Assembly (NCBI RefSeq): GCF_044704955.1
Contig: NW_027251199.1
Coordinates: 1 to 60,399 of the forward strand
Length of the DNA stretch: 60,399 bases
Reading direction: 5' to 3'
From: Pristiophorus japonicus
Taxonomy: Eukaryota
Shown here: positions 1 through 10,486 of the stretch, piece after piece
Layout: every line of letters begins with the position of its first letter
Numbering within the stretch: position 1 is the first letter of the stretch
The notes under the pieces: model-generated
Told to the model about the DNA's origin: nothing
The model's input: the letters and a program-made list of their open reading frames with translations, nothing else
Databases searched by the model: none
Position numbers and translations under genes: made by a program

Positions 1-613
1 TCCCCATTCTCTCTCCACCAGTCGCTCCATTGCTCCCCCATTCTCTCTTCCCCACCCGTCTCTCTCCCCCCAGTCTCTCTCTCTCTTCACCCCCCCCAGT
101 CTCTCCCCCTCTGCCCCCTGCCCAATCTCTCTCCTTGCACCCAGTCTCTCTCTCCCTCCCACCCTCCAGTCTCTCTCTCCCACCCCCACCCCACCTTCCA
201 GTCTCTCTCTTCCCTCCCAGTCTCTCTCTCTCTCTATCCCCCCCAATCTCTCTCTCTCCCCCGCCCCCCCAGTCTCTCTCTCTCTCTCTCCCCGTCCTCT
301 CTCTCTCTCTCTCTCCCCCCTGTCTCTCTCTCTCTCTCCCTCCCCCAGTCTCTCTCTCTCTCCCTCCCCCGCCCCCCCAGTCTCTCCCTCCCCACCCCCC
401 CAGTCTCTTCCTCTCTCCCCCCCAGTCTCTCCCTCTCTCCCCCCCACCCCCCCGTCTCTCTCTCTCTCCCCCCACCCCCCCGTCTCTCTCTCCTCTCTCT
501 CTCTCTCCTCCCCCCCCCGGTGTCTCTCTTCTCTCTCCCCCCCCCCTGTCTCTCTCTCTTCCCCCCCCCCCCTGTCTCTCTCTCTTCCCCCCCCCCCCGC
601 CCCCCAGTCTCAG

Positions 614-647
<34 letters not shown>

Positions 648-660
648 CCGTCCCGTCCCT
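1..660. repeat. C/T-rich low-complexity minisatellite (CCCAGTCTCTCTCTCTCCCCC-like units), intronic to the kelch gene
   Basis: Almost purely pyrimidine strand with recurring CCCAGTC(TC)n(C)n units; its ORFs are poly-Pro/Ser/Leu artefacts. Confidence 0.95.
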
Positions 661-1119
661 ATTATAGGCAAAAGTCCTGAAGATAATCCATAGCTAGACA
701 CACTCGGCACAACACCAGCTCACGCTACATGCCCGACATCCGCTGTCGGGTTTGAGGAGTCTGTGCATGCATAAATGTCGAGGGCAGAGTTCAGGGCGCA
801 TAGGGGCAGAAGGATGCTCAAAAACGAGGGCAAAATAATCACTATTTATATTATTGTCTGTCATCAAACACTGAATTTTATTCAGGTTTTTCAGATTTGT
901 TCACACATTGTTAAAAACAAATGAGCCAATAATGATTTGAAGCATCAAGTACCTGAGGTTGAATGGTGCAGTGAGTTTAAATCCTATTCTTTCACCTCTG
1001 TGGTCTGTGTTCCAATGCAGCCCAGAGTGAGGGGCTGGCGAGTTTCCTTTGCCTCTTGGCTATAAAGATCCTAAGTAAATTGAGTCTGGGGCAACCTCAG
1101 CCATGAAAAATTCACACTG

Positions 1120-2266
1120 GGTGCTCCTGAGGTTGTCTGACATTAGCATCCTCAACCAGGCCAACATCCCCACCATTGAAGCACTGACCACACTTGATCA
1201 GCTGTGCTGGGCAGACCACATTGTTCGCATGCCAGACACGAGACTCCCAAAGCAAGTGCTCTACTCGGAACTCCTTCATGGCAAACGAGCCAAAGGTGGG
1301 CAGAGGAAACGTTACAAGGACACCCTCAAAGCCTCCCTGATAAAGTGCAACATCCCCATTGACACCTGGGTGTCCCTGGCCAAAGCCCGGGAGGGCACTG
1401 AGCACTTCAAGTCTCATCGCCGAGAGCATGCAGAAATCAAGCGCAGGCAGCGGAAAGAGCGTGCAGCAAACCAGTCCCACCCACCCCTTCCTTCCTTCAT
1501 GCTGGCCTTCATAGCGAGAGGATTTGAGTATAGGAGCAGGGAGGTCTTACTGCAGTTGTACAGGGCCTTGGTGAGACCACACCTTAAGTATTGTGTGCAG
1601 TTTTGGTCTCCTAATCTGAGGAAGGACGTGCTTGCTATTGAGGGAGTGTAGCAAAGGTTCACCAGACTAATTCCCGGGATGGCAGGAGTGACATATGAAG
1701 AAAGACTGGATCGGTTAAGCTTATACTCACTGGAATTTAGAAGAATGAGAGGGGATCTCATAGAAACATATAAAATTATGACGGCACTGGACAGGTTAGA
1801 TGCAGGAAGAATGTTCCCGATGTTGGGGAAGTCCAGAACTAGGGGTCACAGTCTAAGGATAAGGGGTAAGCCATATAGGACCGAGATGAGGAGAAACTTT
1901 TTCACTCAGAGTGGTGAACCTGTGGAATTCTCTACCACAGAAAGTTGTTGAGTCCAGTTCGTTGGATATATTCAAAAGAGAGTTAGATGTGGCCCTTATG
2001 GCTAAGGGGATCAGGGGGTATGGAGAGAAGGCGGGAGTGGGGTAGTGAAGTTGCATGATCAGCCATGATCATGTTGAATGGCAGTGCAGGCTCGAAGGGC
2101 CGAATGGCCTGCTCCTGCACCTATTTTCTATGTTTCCCTCAACGACTATCTGTCCCACCTGTGACAGAGATTGTGGCTCTCGTATTGGACTGTTCAGCCA
2201 CCTAAGAACTCATTTTAAGAGTGGAAGCAAGTCTTCCTCGATTCTGAGACTGCCTATGATGATGAT
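1120..2266 (+). mobile_element. RTE-clade LINE 3' fragment, split by a CR1 insertion at about 1496-2133
   Basis: Translation [39 protein letters not shown]; resumes after the CR1 with CPTCDRDCGSRIGLFSHLRTH and an (ATG)n tail at about 2256-2267. Confidence 0.88.
1496..2133 (+). mobile_element. CR1/HER1-type LINE 3' fragment
   Basis: [36 protein letters not shown] and YEERLDRLSLYSLEFRRMRGDLIETYKI; 3' end GGCCGAATGGCCTGCTCCTGCACCTATTTTCTATGTTT. Confidence 0.92.
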
Positions 2267-2442
2267 GGTTTGGGGCAGTGCTATTCTGCATCTAACCAGT
2301 GCTGCACCTGACCTGGGAGTGTTTGATGGGATGTGTAGAGGGAATTTTACATTTCACCCAATGCAGAGTAAAGCTCTCTCTACACTTGATTCAGACACTG
2401 GGTCCCAAAATGGAAATCTTTCATGCCCCAGTACTGACATAA

Positions 2443-3840
2443 GGACATAAGAATTAGTAGCAGGAGTAAACCATATGGCCCCTCAAGCCTGCAATGCCAT
2501 TCAATAAGATCATCAACCTCAACTCCACTTTCCTGCCTGATCCCCATATCCCTTGATTTCCTTAAGAGTCCAAAAATCTATCTATCTATCTATCTCAGGC
2601 TTGAATAGACTCAACCACTCAGCACCACAGCACTCTGGGGTAGAGAATTCCAAAGATTTATAAACCCCGAGGGAAGAACTTCCTCCTCATCTCAGTCTTA
2701 AATGGCCTTATCCTGAGACTATGCCTCCTAGTTCTAGACTCTCCAGCCAGGCGAAACGACCTCTCAGCATCAACCATGTCAATCCCCCTCAGAATCTTAT
2801 GTTTCAATGAGGTCACCTCTCATTCTTCTAAACTCGAGTGTATAGGCCCAATCTATCCTCATAGGAATCAAGGGATATGGGGACAGTGCAGGAACATAAG
2901 AAATAGATGCAGGAGTAGGCCTTTTGGTCCCTCAAACCTGCTCCACCATCTAATATCATGGCTGATCTAATCTTGGGCTCAGCTCCACTTCCTTTCCCGC
3001 TCCCCATAACCCTTCACTCCCTTATCGTTCAAAAATCTGTCCCTCTCCACCTTAAATATATTCAATGATCCAGCCTACACAGCTCTCTGGGGCAGAGAAT
3101 TCCACTGATTTACAACCCTCAGAGAAGAAATTCCAGTTCTAAATGAGCAACCCCTTATTCATAAATTATGCCCCCCTAGTTCTAGATTCCCCCACGAGTG
3201 GAAATATCCTCTCTGCATCCACCTTGTCGAGCCCCCTCAGTATCTTATATATTTCAATAAGATCACCTCTCTTTCTTCTAAACTCCAATGAACATAGGCC
3301 CAATCTGCTTAATCTTTCTTCATAAGTCAACCCTTTCATCTCAAGAATCAATCTAGTGAGCCTCTTCTGACTGCCTCTAATGCAAGTATATCCCTCCTTA
3401 AATAAGGAGACCAAAACTTTACGCAGTACTCTAGGTATGGTCTCACCAATACCCTGTACAGTTACAACAGGACTTCCTTGCTTTTATACTCCATCCCCCT
3501 TGCAATAAAGGTCAACATTCCTTTTACCTTCCTGATTACTTGCTGTACCTGCATACTAACTTTTTGTATTTCATGCACAAGGACCTCCAGGTCCCTCTGT
3601 ACTGCAGCATTTTGTAATCTCTCTCCATTTAATTAATAATTTGCTTTTTTATTTTTCCTGCCAGTGGATAACTTCACACTTTCCCACATTATACTCCATC
3701 TGCCAAATGTTTGCCCACTCATTTAGCCTGTCTATATCCCTTTGCAGATTCTTTGTGTCCTCCTCACAACTTGCTTTCACACCCATCTTTGTGTCATCAG
3801 CAAACTTGGTCACAACACAATCGGTCCCTTCATCAGTCAT
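2443..3840 (-). mobile_element. Cluster of CR1/HE1-type 3' fragments on the minus strand
   Basis: Repeated ACATAAGAA..GCAGGAGTAGGCC tails; minus ORFs KFADDTK..LQRDIDRL and YEERLSRLGL..LEFRR.RGDLIE. Confidence 0.85.
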
Positions 3841-4127
3841 TTGAAAGGAAAGTGGAGTTGAGGTAGAAGATCAGCCATGATCTTACTGCATGGCAGAGCA
3901 GGCTGGAGGAGCCAAACTCCTGCTCCTATTTCTTATGTTCTTATAGGACAGCCCTCTCATCCCAGGGATCAATCTAGTGAGCACTGAAACAGGTTTTTAA
4001 AGCGAACCTACAAGCAGAATTTGTATTCATTTGAATAGGCGGTGAAGTTTGTAAAGCAGCCCAAAGCCTAGCACTGTGCCAAGTGAATGTACTGCGCTTG
4101 GCACACACACACTTCATGCTGCGTTAC

Positions 4128-5052
4128 CTACTGCTGCTACGGCGTACTGGGTGAGGTTTCTGCGGCGGAGAGGGGCGCAGGCTTGCCAGCTGTTGGTTTT
4201 GGGCAGGAACTGAAAGAGCTCCTGCTCTTCGCGCTCGTGTCTGCCCCCCAGCACGTACATGGTGTCGAAGCGCCTGCCGCTTTGGGGCAGGGAGCGGGCC
4301 GCCGCCGCCCAGCTCTGGGGAAGGCCGCGCTCCAGCACTCTCACCAAGCTGCCGTAAGGGTCGGGCTCGGCGCCGCGCTGGGTCCACTTCACCAGCCGGT
4401 CGAGGAAGGCCAGGCTGAGGAACGGGGCTCTCACCAAGCCCAGCAGCTCCCGCAGCTCGTCCTCCCGGCTGCGGTGGTAGCTCGTCCACTTCACCACTGC
4501 CTCCAGCACTTGGTCGTCCCCGGTCACGTACAGGTCGTCGCTGGCCAGCAGCTCGGCCAGGGCCTGCTTGGAGAGCTGCAGGAACTCCTCCTCGTCGTCC
4601 TCGTCCTCCAGCAGGGCGGCCAGGTGGGTGAGGGCCACCCCGCGGGCGGCGGCGGCCAGGCCGGTGCAGGCGAAGCGCCGGCCGTAGGCCCAGGCCCCCA
4701 CGCAGTTGCCCACACGCAGCTCCCGCTGCAGGAAGGCGGCGCACAGCAGCTTCACCCGCTCAAATTGCAGGAAGTCGGCCGCCTCCAGCAGGGACGTGGC
4801 GTTGTGCCGTCCCACCGTCACTCGGCCGTGGGCAGCGAAGCCCAGCAGCAGCCCGAAGGCCTCGGGGTCCAGGCCGCGCAGCACGATGTGAGCCTCCGAC
4901 CGCTCTCGGGTGCCCCCGTAGAACATGGCCTGGAAATACCGGCTGGCCGACGACAGCACGCCCCGGTTGACATTGAAAAGTCTCTGGCCAACTTCAAGCA
5001 CGGTGTCGGCGGCCGGGGCCCCGTCCCCGGGGCTTGTCGGCTGGCAGGCCAT
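4128..5052 (-). CDS. Kelch-like (BTB-BACK-Kelch) protein, first coding exon; remaining exons lie beyond the window start
   Basis: ATG in GACATGG context. BTB: VLSSASRYFQAMFYGGTRE, LLEAADFLQF. BACK: FLQLS..LAELLASDDLYV..VLEAVVKW..ELLGLVR. First kelch repeat MYVLGG..NSWQACAPL..YAVAAVG. Splice donor TAG|GTAACG at 4127, phase 1. GC/CpG-rich. Confidence 0.92.
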
Positions 5053-5074
5053 GTCCCCAATCCCCGGCCCGCTA

Positions 5075-5135
5075 CTTTATATTTAGCCCGATTCAGAGAG
5101 GCCAGAGTTATGTGTGGCATCTGCGCCTATTTTGG
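5075..5135 (-). promoter_or_regulatory. Candidate muscle-type proximal promoter: MEF2/TATA-like element, E-box and CArG box
   Basis: Minus-strand CTAAATATAA (5086-5077) fits YTA(W)4TAR and overlaps TATAAAG; CATCTG at 5118-5123; CCTATTTTGG at 5126-5135 fits CC(W)6GG. Confidence 0.55.
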
Positions 5136-5212
5136 TGCACTAATAAGGGTGACACTGGGTCACCAGACAAGAATCATCACCAACAAGTGCCCCTTTTAGG
5201 GCACCAATAATA

Positions 5213-5630
5213 TAGGAAATAAACACAGGAACAGGAGTAGGCCATTTAGCCCCTTGAGCCCGTTCTGCCATTCAGTGAGATCGTGGCTGATCTGCGACCT
5301 AACTCCATATACTCGCCTTTGCCCCACATCCCTTAATACCTTTGGTTAACAAAAATCTTATAAATCTCGGATTTAAAATTAACAATTGATCTAGCATCAA
5401 TTGCCGTTTGCGGAAGAGAGTTCTAAACTTCTACCGCCCTTTGTGTGTAGAAGTGTTTCCTAATTTCACTCCTGAAAGTTCTGGCTCTAATTTTGAGACT
5501 AGGCTCCCCACCCCCTCCCCCATTCCTAGACTCCTCAACCAGTAGAAATAGTTTCTCTCTATCTACCCTACCTGTTCCCCTTAAAACTTCAATCCAATCA
5601 CCCCATAACCTTTTAAATTCTAGGGAATAC
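5213..5630 (-). mobile_element. CR1/HE1-type 3' fragment
   Basis: CAGGAGTAGGCCATT tail; minus ORF YSLEFKRL.GD.IEV..FRSEIRKHFYTQRAV. Confidence 0.8.
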
Positions 5631-5909
5631 ACCCTAATGTGTAGAACACATGGCCCAATCAAACTGAAAGAAGCTCAACATTAACAACAACAAATGGTCC
5701 CAACAAAAACAAAGGGAATCTTCCCAACTAAATCAGAATGTTGTTATCAGTGTCTACAAAATATTCTATACCCTGTGGAGCACACCGATTGCGAAAGGCC
5801 TTAAACATACCGGCAGACATGGCATGTTCCCTCTCCAAGGCCACCCGGTCACGGAGAATACCACGGAAGAGAGTCAGCAGCCAGGACGACCACCTCCATG
5901 GTGTTACTT

Positions 5910-7720
5910 TTTTTATTTATTTGTTCATGGGATGTGGGTGTCGTTGGCAAAGCCAGCATTTATTACCCATCCGTAATTACCCTTGAGAAGATGGTAGTGA
6001 GCTGCCTTCTTGAACCGCTGCAGTCTGTGGTGAAGGTACTCCCACTGCGGTGTGAGAGATAGTCTGATCTGTGTTCACACTGCAGTATGTGAAATAGTCG
6101 CCCCGACCTGCAAGAACCATCAGCAGGTCAGTCCTTTAAAGGAGCATACCACTTCACGGTACAGCGCGTACTGGAGAGCGACGACTGTGAAGATGGTGAC
6201 TGGATTGGACATCACAAGGTCCAGGTCGCTGATTGGAGCGTGGACAGGTACAGTAGGGGTAGTGACGTTGGAGCGCCGGAGCAGCGAGTGACTGTGGAAC
6301 GACGTGATACAGGTCCAGGAAAGGCGTGAGTTCGGGGCCCAGAAGAGGCAAGGGCCCAGGGGTAGCACGGGCCAGCCCACACTGCAATATGTGTGCGCAC
6401 TAGGTGCGTGCAGCAGAGCAGGTCTCCAGTCGTCTTGGTTAACCCTTGCCACTGGAGCAAGACCAAGCTCTGACAAGCCCGTGTGGTGGATGGTGTGCAA
6501 CGGCCACCACACGTTAAAAAAAATCCACGCACAGGTATCTTCCTTCATTCAATATGTAGTTTGGGACCTGGAATATTAGGTCCTTCATTGAAACACCTGT
6601 GAACTCATCCATTTTTGGCATGGAAGGAAGTCATCCTCGATACGAGGGACAGCCTATGATAATGATGACTCCCACAGTGCTGTTAGGGAGGGACTTCCGG
6701 GATTTTGATCCAGCGATGATGAAGCAACGGCGATATACTTCCAAATCAGGATAGTGTGTGACTTGGAGGGAACGTGGAGTTGGTGGTGTTTCCATGTGCC
6801 TGCTGCCCTTGTCCTTCTAGGTGGTAGAGGTCACGGGTTTGGCAGTTGCTGCCAAAGAAGCCTTGGCGAGTTGCTGCAGTGCATCTTGTAGATGGTACAC
6901 ACTGTAGCCAGGGTATGTCGGTGATGGAGGGAGTGAATGTTTAAGGTGATGGATGGGGTGCCAATCAAGCGGGCTGCTTTGTCCTGGATGGTGTCAAGCT
7001 TGTTGAGTGTTGTTGGAGCTGTACTAATCCAGGCGAGTGGAGTTGGTGGAAAGGCTTTGGGGAGTCAGGATGTGAGACACCCACTGCTGAATACCCAGCC
7101 TCTGACCTTCTCTCGTTGCCACAGTATTTATGTGGCTGGTCCAGTTAAGTTTCTGGTCAATGGTGACCCCCTAGGATGTTGATGATGGGGGATTCGACGA
7201 TGGTAATGCTGTTGAATGTCAAGGGGCGGTGGTTAAACTCTTGCTTGTTGGAGAACTTGCCACTTATCTGTCCAAGCCTGAATGTCGGCCAGGTCTTGCT
7301 GCATGCGGGCATGGACTGCTCCTTATCTGAGGAGTTGCGAATGGCACTGAACACTGTGCAATCATCAGCAAACACGCCCACTTCTGACCTTATGATAGAG
7401 GGAAGGTCATGATGAAGCAGCTGAAGATGGTTGGGCCTAGGACACTGCTCTAGGGAACTCCTGCAGCAATGTCCTGGGGCTGTGATGATTGACCTCCAAC
7501 CACCACAACCATTTTTCTTTGTGTTAGGTATGACTCCAGCCAGTGGAGAGCTTTCCCCCTGATTCCCATTGACTTCAGTTTTACTAGGGCTCCTTGATGC
7601 CACACTCGGTCAAATGCTGCCTTGATGTAAAAGGCAGTCACTTTCACCTCACCTCACCTCTGGAATCCAGCTCTTTTGACCATGTTTGGACCAAAGCTGT
7701 AATGAAGTCTGAAGCCGCGT
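5910..7720 (-). mobile_element. Degraded LINE (CR1/L2 group) RT and 3' region, interrupted at 6046-6667
   Basis: Minus ORFs IKAAFDRVWHQGALVKL..GVP and GVFADDCTVF. Confidence 0.8.
6046..6667 (+). mobile_element. Non-autonomous retroelement with RTE-derived 3' tail, 8-bp TSD
   Basis: Ends GGAAGGAAGTCATCCTCGATACGAGGGACAGCCTATGATAATGATG, matching the RTE 3' end; flanked by ACTCCCAC at 6038-6045 and 6668-6675. Confidence 0.82.
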
Positions 7721-8519
7721 GGTCCTGGCAGAACTATACCCCCAGCAAGGAATTCAAGGGACTGTGTCCCAGCAAAGAATCAGTGGCTTCAGGATAGGAG
7801 AGTGGAAAATGTGTTAAAAAAAATTGTCACAGCACCCTGGATCACAGAATATTCTTTTCACCTCCATTGCACTGACATCAATTCCGAACCAACCAGCCCC
7901 CCAACCGAATGGTCCTCATCGTCCACTATTTAAATTTAAAAACAAAGACAGATATGATGAGAAAGTAAGGAGACACATCATCCTAAAATTTACCCAATTA
8001 CAAAAATAGTCCGATGGGGCCTGCAGGAGTTAACTGGGAAAGGGGTTAAAGGTTACCTCGGATTATTTAACTATATTCTGTGCTCCCGTATAACACACGA
8101 TATTCCCACACAAATCTTTCCTTAGCAGATCCTTCTGCAAATACAAGTTCCCAAAGCAGCTCGAGAGGCCACCCAGCTGTCTGGCTCTGGGCGCCAATCC
8201 ACTGAGGAACTTCCCATGGCAGAAAATAAGCCATGGTGCGTACTTAGTGAACTAGGTAGCTGCGTTAAAGAAAACATGGAATTAAAAGGGAAATTAATCT
8301 TGTATGTCATACATTACTGTGTACATCTATATACACACACACACACACACACACACAAGTGTGTACACCTGCAGCGGTTTTCAGGTTTTGACTGCTCGTG
8401 TTAGAACTTGGGGGGGGGCTGTTTTTCTATGTTAAGGGTGCTATATATGTTTTGTTGTTAAGGATGGGTTTATGTCTGGGGCGATGATGTGTTGTCAGAT
8501 TATTTATTTATTATTGGGC

Positions 8520-9715
8520 CTCCTTAGACAAGCCATAATTTCCTCCAGTGAAATATTGGCAACATTCGAGCCATCATCTTCGATTCCTGCCGGGACTCCA
8601 TCTCCTTCCCAGCTACCGTCTCAGGCTGAACCAGACTGTTCGCAACCTTGGTCTCCTGTTCAACCCCAAGTAGAGCTTCTAACTCCATATCCTGTCCATC
8701 ACCAAGACCACATATGTTCAGCTCCACCTCTGCCCCTACTTCAGCCCATCTGCTGCTGAAACCCTCAAACATGCTATTGTCACCTCCAGACCCGATTACT
8801 CCAATGTTCTCCTTGCTGGCCTCCCATCCTCCACAAACTTCAGTTCATCCAAACTTCTGCTGCCTGTAGCCTATCCTGTTCCAAGTTTCCTTTTCCCATC
8901 ATCATCATAGGCAGTCCCTCGAAACGAGGATGACTTGCTTTCAAGCCGAAAAGGGATGAGTTTACAGGTGTTTCAATGAAGGACCTAATATTCCAGGTCC
9001 CGAACTACATCTTGAAGGATGGAAGATGCCTATGCATGGATGTTTTTCACACAGCCTTGACAGAGCTAGCTCTTGGTCCAGTGGCAAGGATCAACCAAAC
9101 TCTCGCCTCTCCTGGACCCCGATTACATCCCTCTACGAACTCTTGCCGCTCCTTTGCCCTGACCTCGCCACTCCTGCTGTACCTGCCCACACTGCAGTCA
9201 GCCGTTGCTCTCCTGCAGCAGCATGCGCTGCTCCCTGCAGTGGTATGCCGCCATATGCTGCTCCCTCTAATGGCCCCGGCCTGCTGATGGTCTTGCAGGC
9301 CGGGACTGCGGGACAGGGATCATCCCTGTCCTCACTGGTGTACATTGGCTCCTGTTCCTCCAGCGCCTTAAATTTTAACTTTTCCTCCTTGTGCTTAAAT
9401 CCCTACATGGCCTCACCTCTCCCGATTTCTGTAACCACCTCCAGCCCTACATCTTATCCGCAACCTCTTCATTACTCTAACTCTGGCCTTGCATGCATTT
9501 TACACTCCCTTCACCCTACGATTGACAGCTATGCTTTCAGCTGCTTTGGCTTTATACTATGGAGTTCCCTTCCTAAATCCATTCTTCTCTTTAGCCCCGT
9601 CTTTTCCTTTAAGACATCCCTTCTTAATCCTGACATCTTTGACTCAGCACTTTTCCTCTGTGTCAGGCTTTGGGATGTTTTCTACATTAAGTAAGCTATA
9701 TAGTTGTTCATGTTG
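8520..9715 (+). mobile_element. L2-type LINE 3' fragment, interrupted by an RTE-tailed element at about 8897-9315
   Basis: TCTGCTGCTGAAACCCTC..GTCACCTCCAGAC..TACTCCAATG..CTGGCCTCCC motifs shared with the 35520-36690 L2 copy. Confidence 0.7.
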
Positions 9716-10120
9716 ATCATCATCATAGGCAGTCCCTTGAAACGAGGATGACTTGCTTCCACGCTGAAAAGGGATGAGATCACAGGTGTTTCAATGAAGG
9801 ACCTAATATTCTGGATCCTGAACTACATCCTGAAGGATGGAAGATGTCTGTGCATGGATTTTTTTAACGTGTGGTGGCCGTTGCACCCCAGCCACCATAT
9901 GGGCTTGACAGAGCTAGGTCTTGGTCCAGTGGCAAGGATTAACCAAGACAACGGGAGACTAGCTCTACTGCACGGACCTAGCAAGCACACATATTGCAGT
10001 GTGGGCTGGCCCGTGCTGCCCCTCGGCCCTCGCCTCTTCTGGGCCCTGAACTCTCGCCACTCCTGGGCCCCGATCACATCCCTCTACGAACTCTTGCCGC
10101 TCCTTCGCCCTGATCTCCTG
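8897..10120 (-). mobile_element. Two copies (about 8897-9315 and 9717-10120) of the RTE-tailed non-autonomous element
   Basis: Both begin (CAT)nAGGCAGTCCCT.GAAACGAGGATGACTTGCTT and share body sequence with 6046-6667. Confidence 0.8.
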
Positions 10121-10189
10121 TTGATAGGTTAATGCTGGGATTGTGCAATCTGGGTCAGAAATACTTTATTGCTGAGGGTGGTGCAGAGT

Positions 10190-10485
10190 GGGTTAAGTGT
10201 GACATCACCACTGACACCTGGGAGACCCTGGCCGAAGACCACCCGAGGTGGGGAAAGTGCATCCGGGAGTTCTTCGAGTCTCAACACAAAGAGCGTGAAG
10301 AGGTCAAGCGCAGACAGCGGAAGGAGCGCACGGCAAACCAGCCCCACACACCCCTTCCCTCGACGAATGTCTGTCCCACCTGTGACAGGGTCTGTTGCTC
10401 TCGTATTGGATTATTCAGCCACCAAGAGAAATCACTTTGGGAGTGGAAGCAAGACTTCTTCGAATCTGAGAGACTGCCTACGATG
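10190..10485 (+). mobile_element. RTE LINE 3' fragment
   Basis: [37 protein letters not shown] followed by the RTE 3' end. Confidence 0.8.
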
Positions 10486-10486
10486 T

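Noticed and set aside
30-710. Pro/Ser/Leu-rich and RE-repeat ORFs
   Set aside because: Low-complexity CT tract
4087-5199. 370-aa plus-strand ORF
   Set aside because: Antisense shadow of the GC-rich kelch exon
5690-5900. Possible L1/Tx1 3' remnant or exon
   Set aside because: Too degraded; no motif I can support
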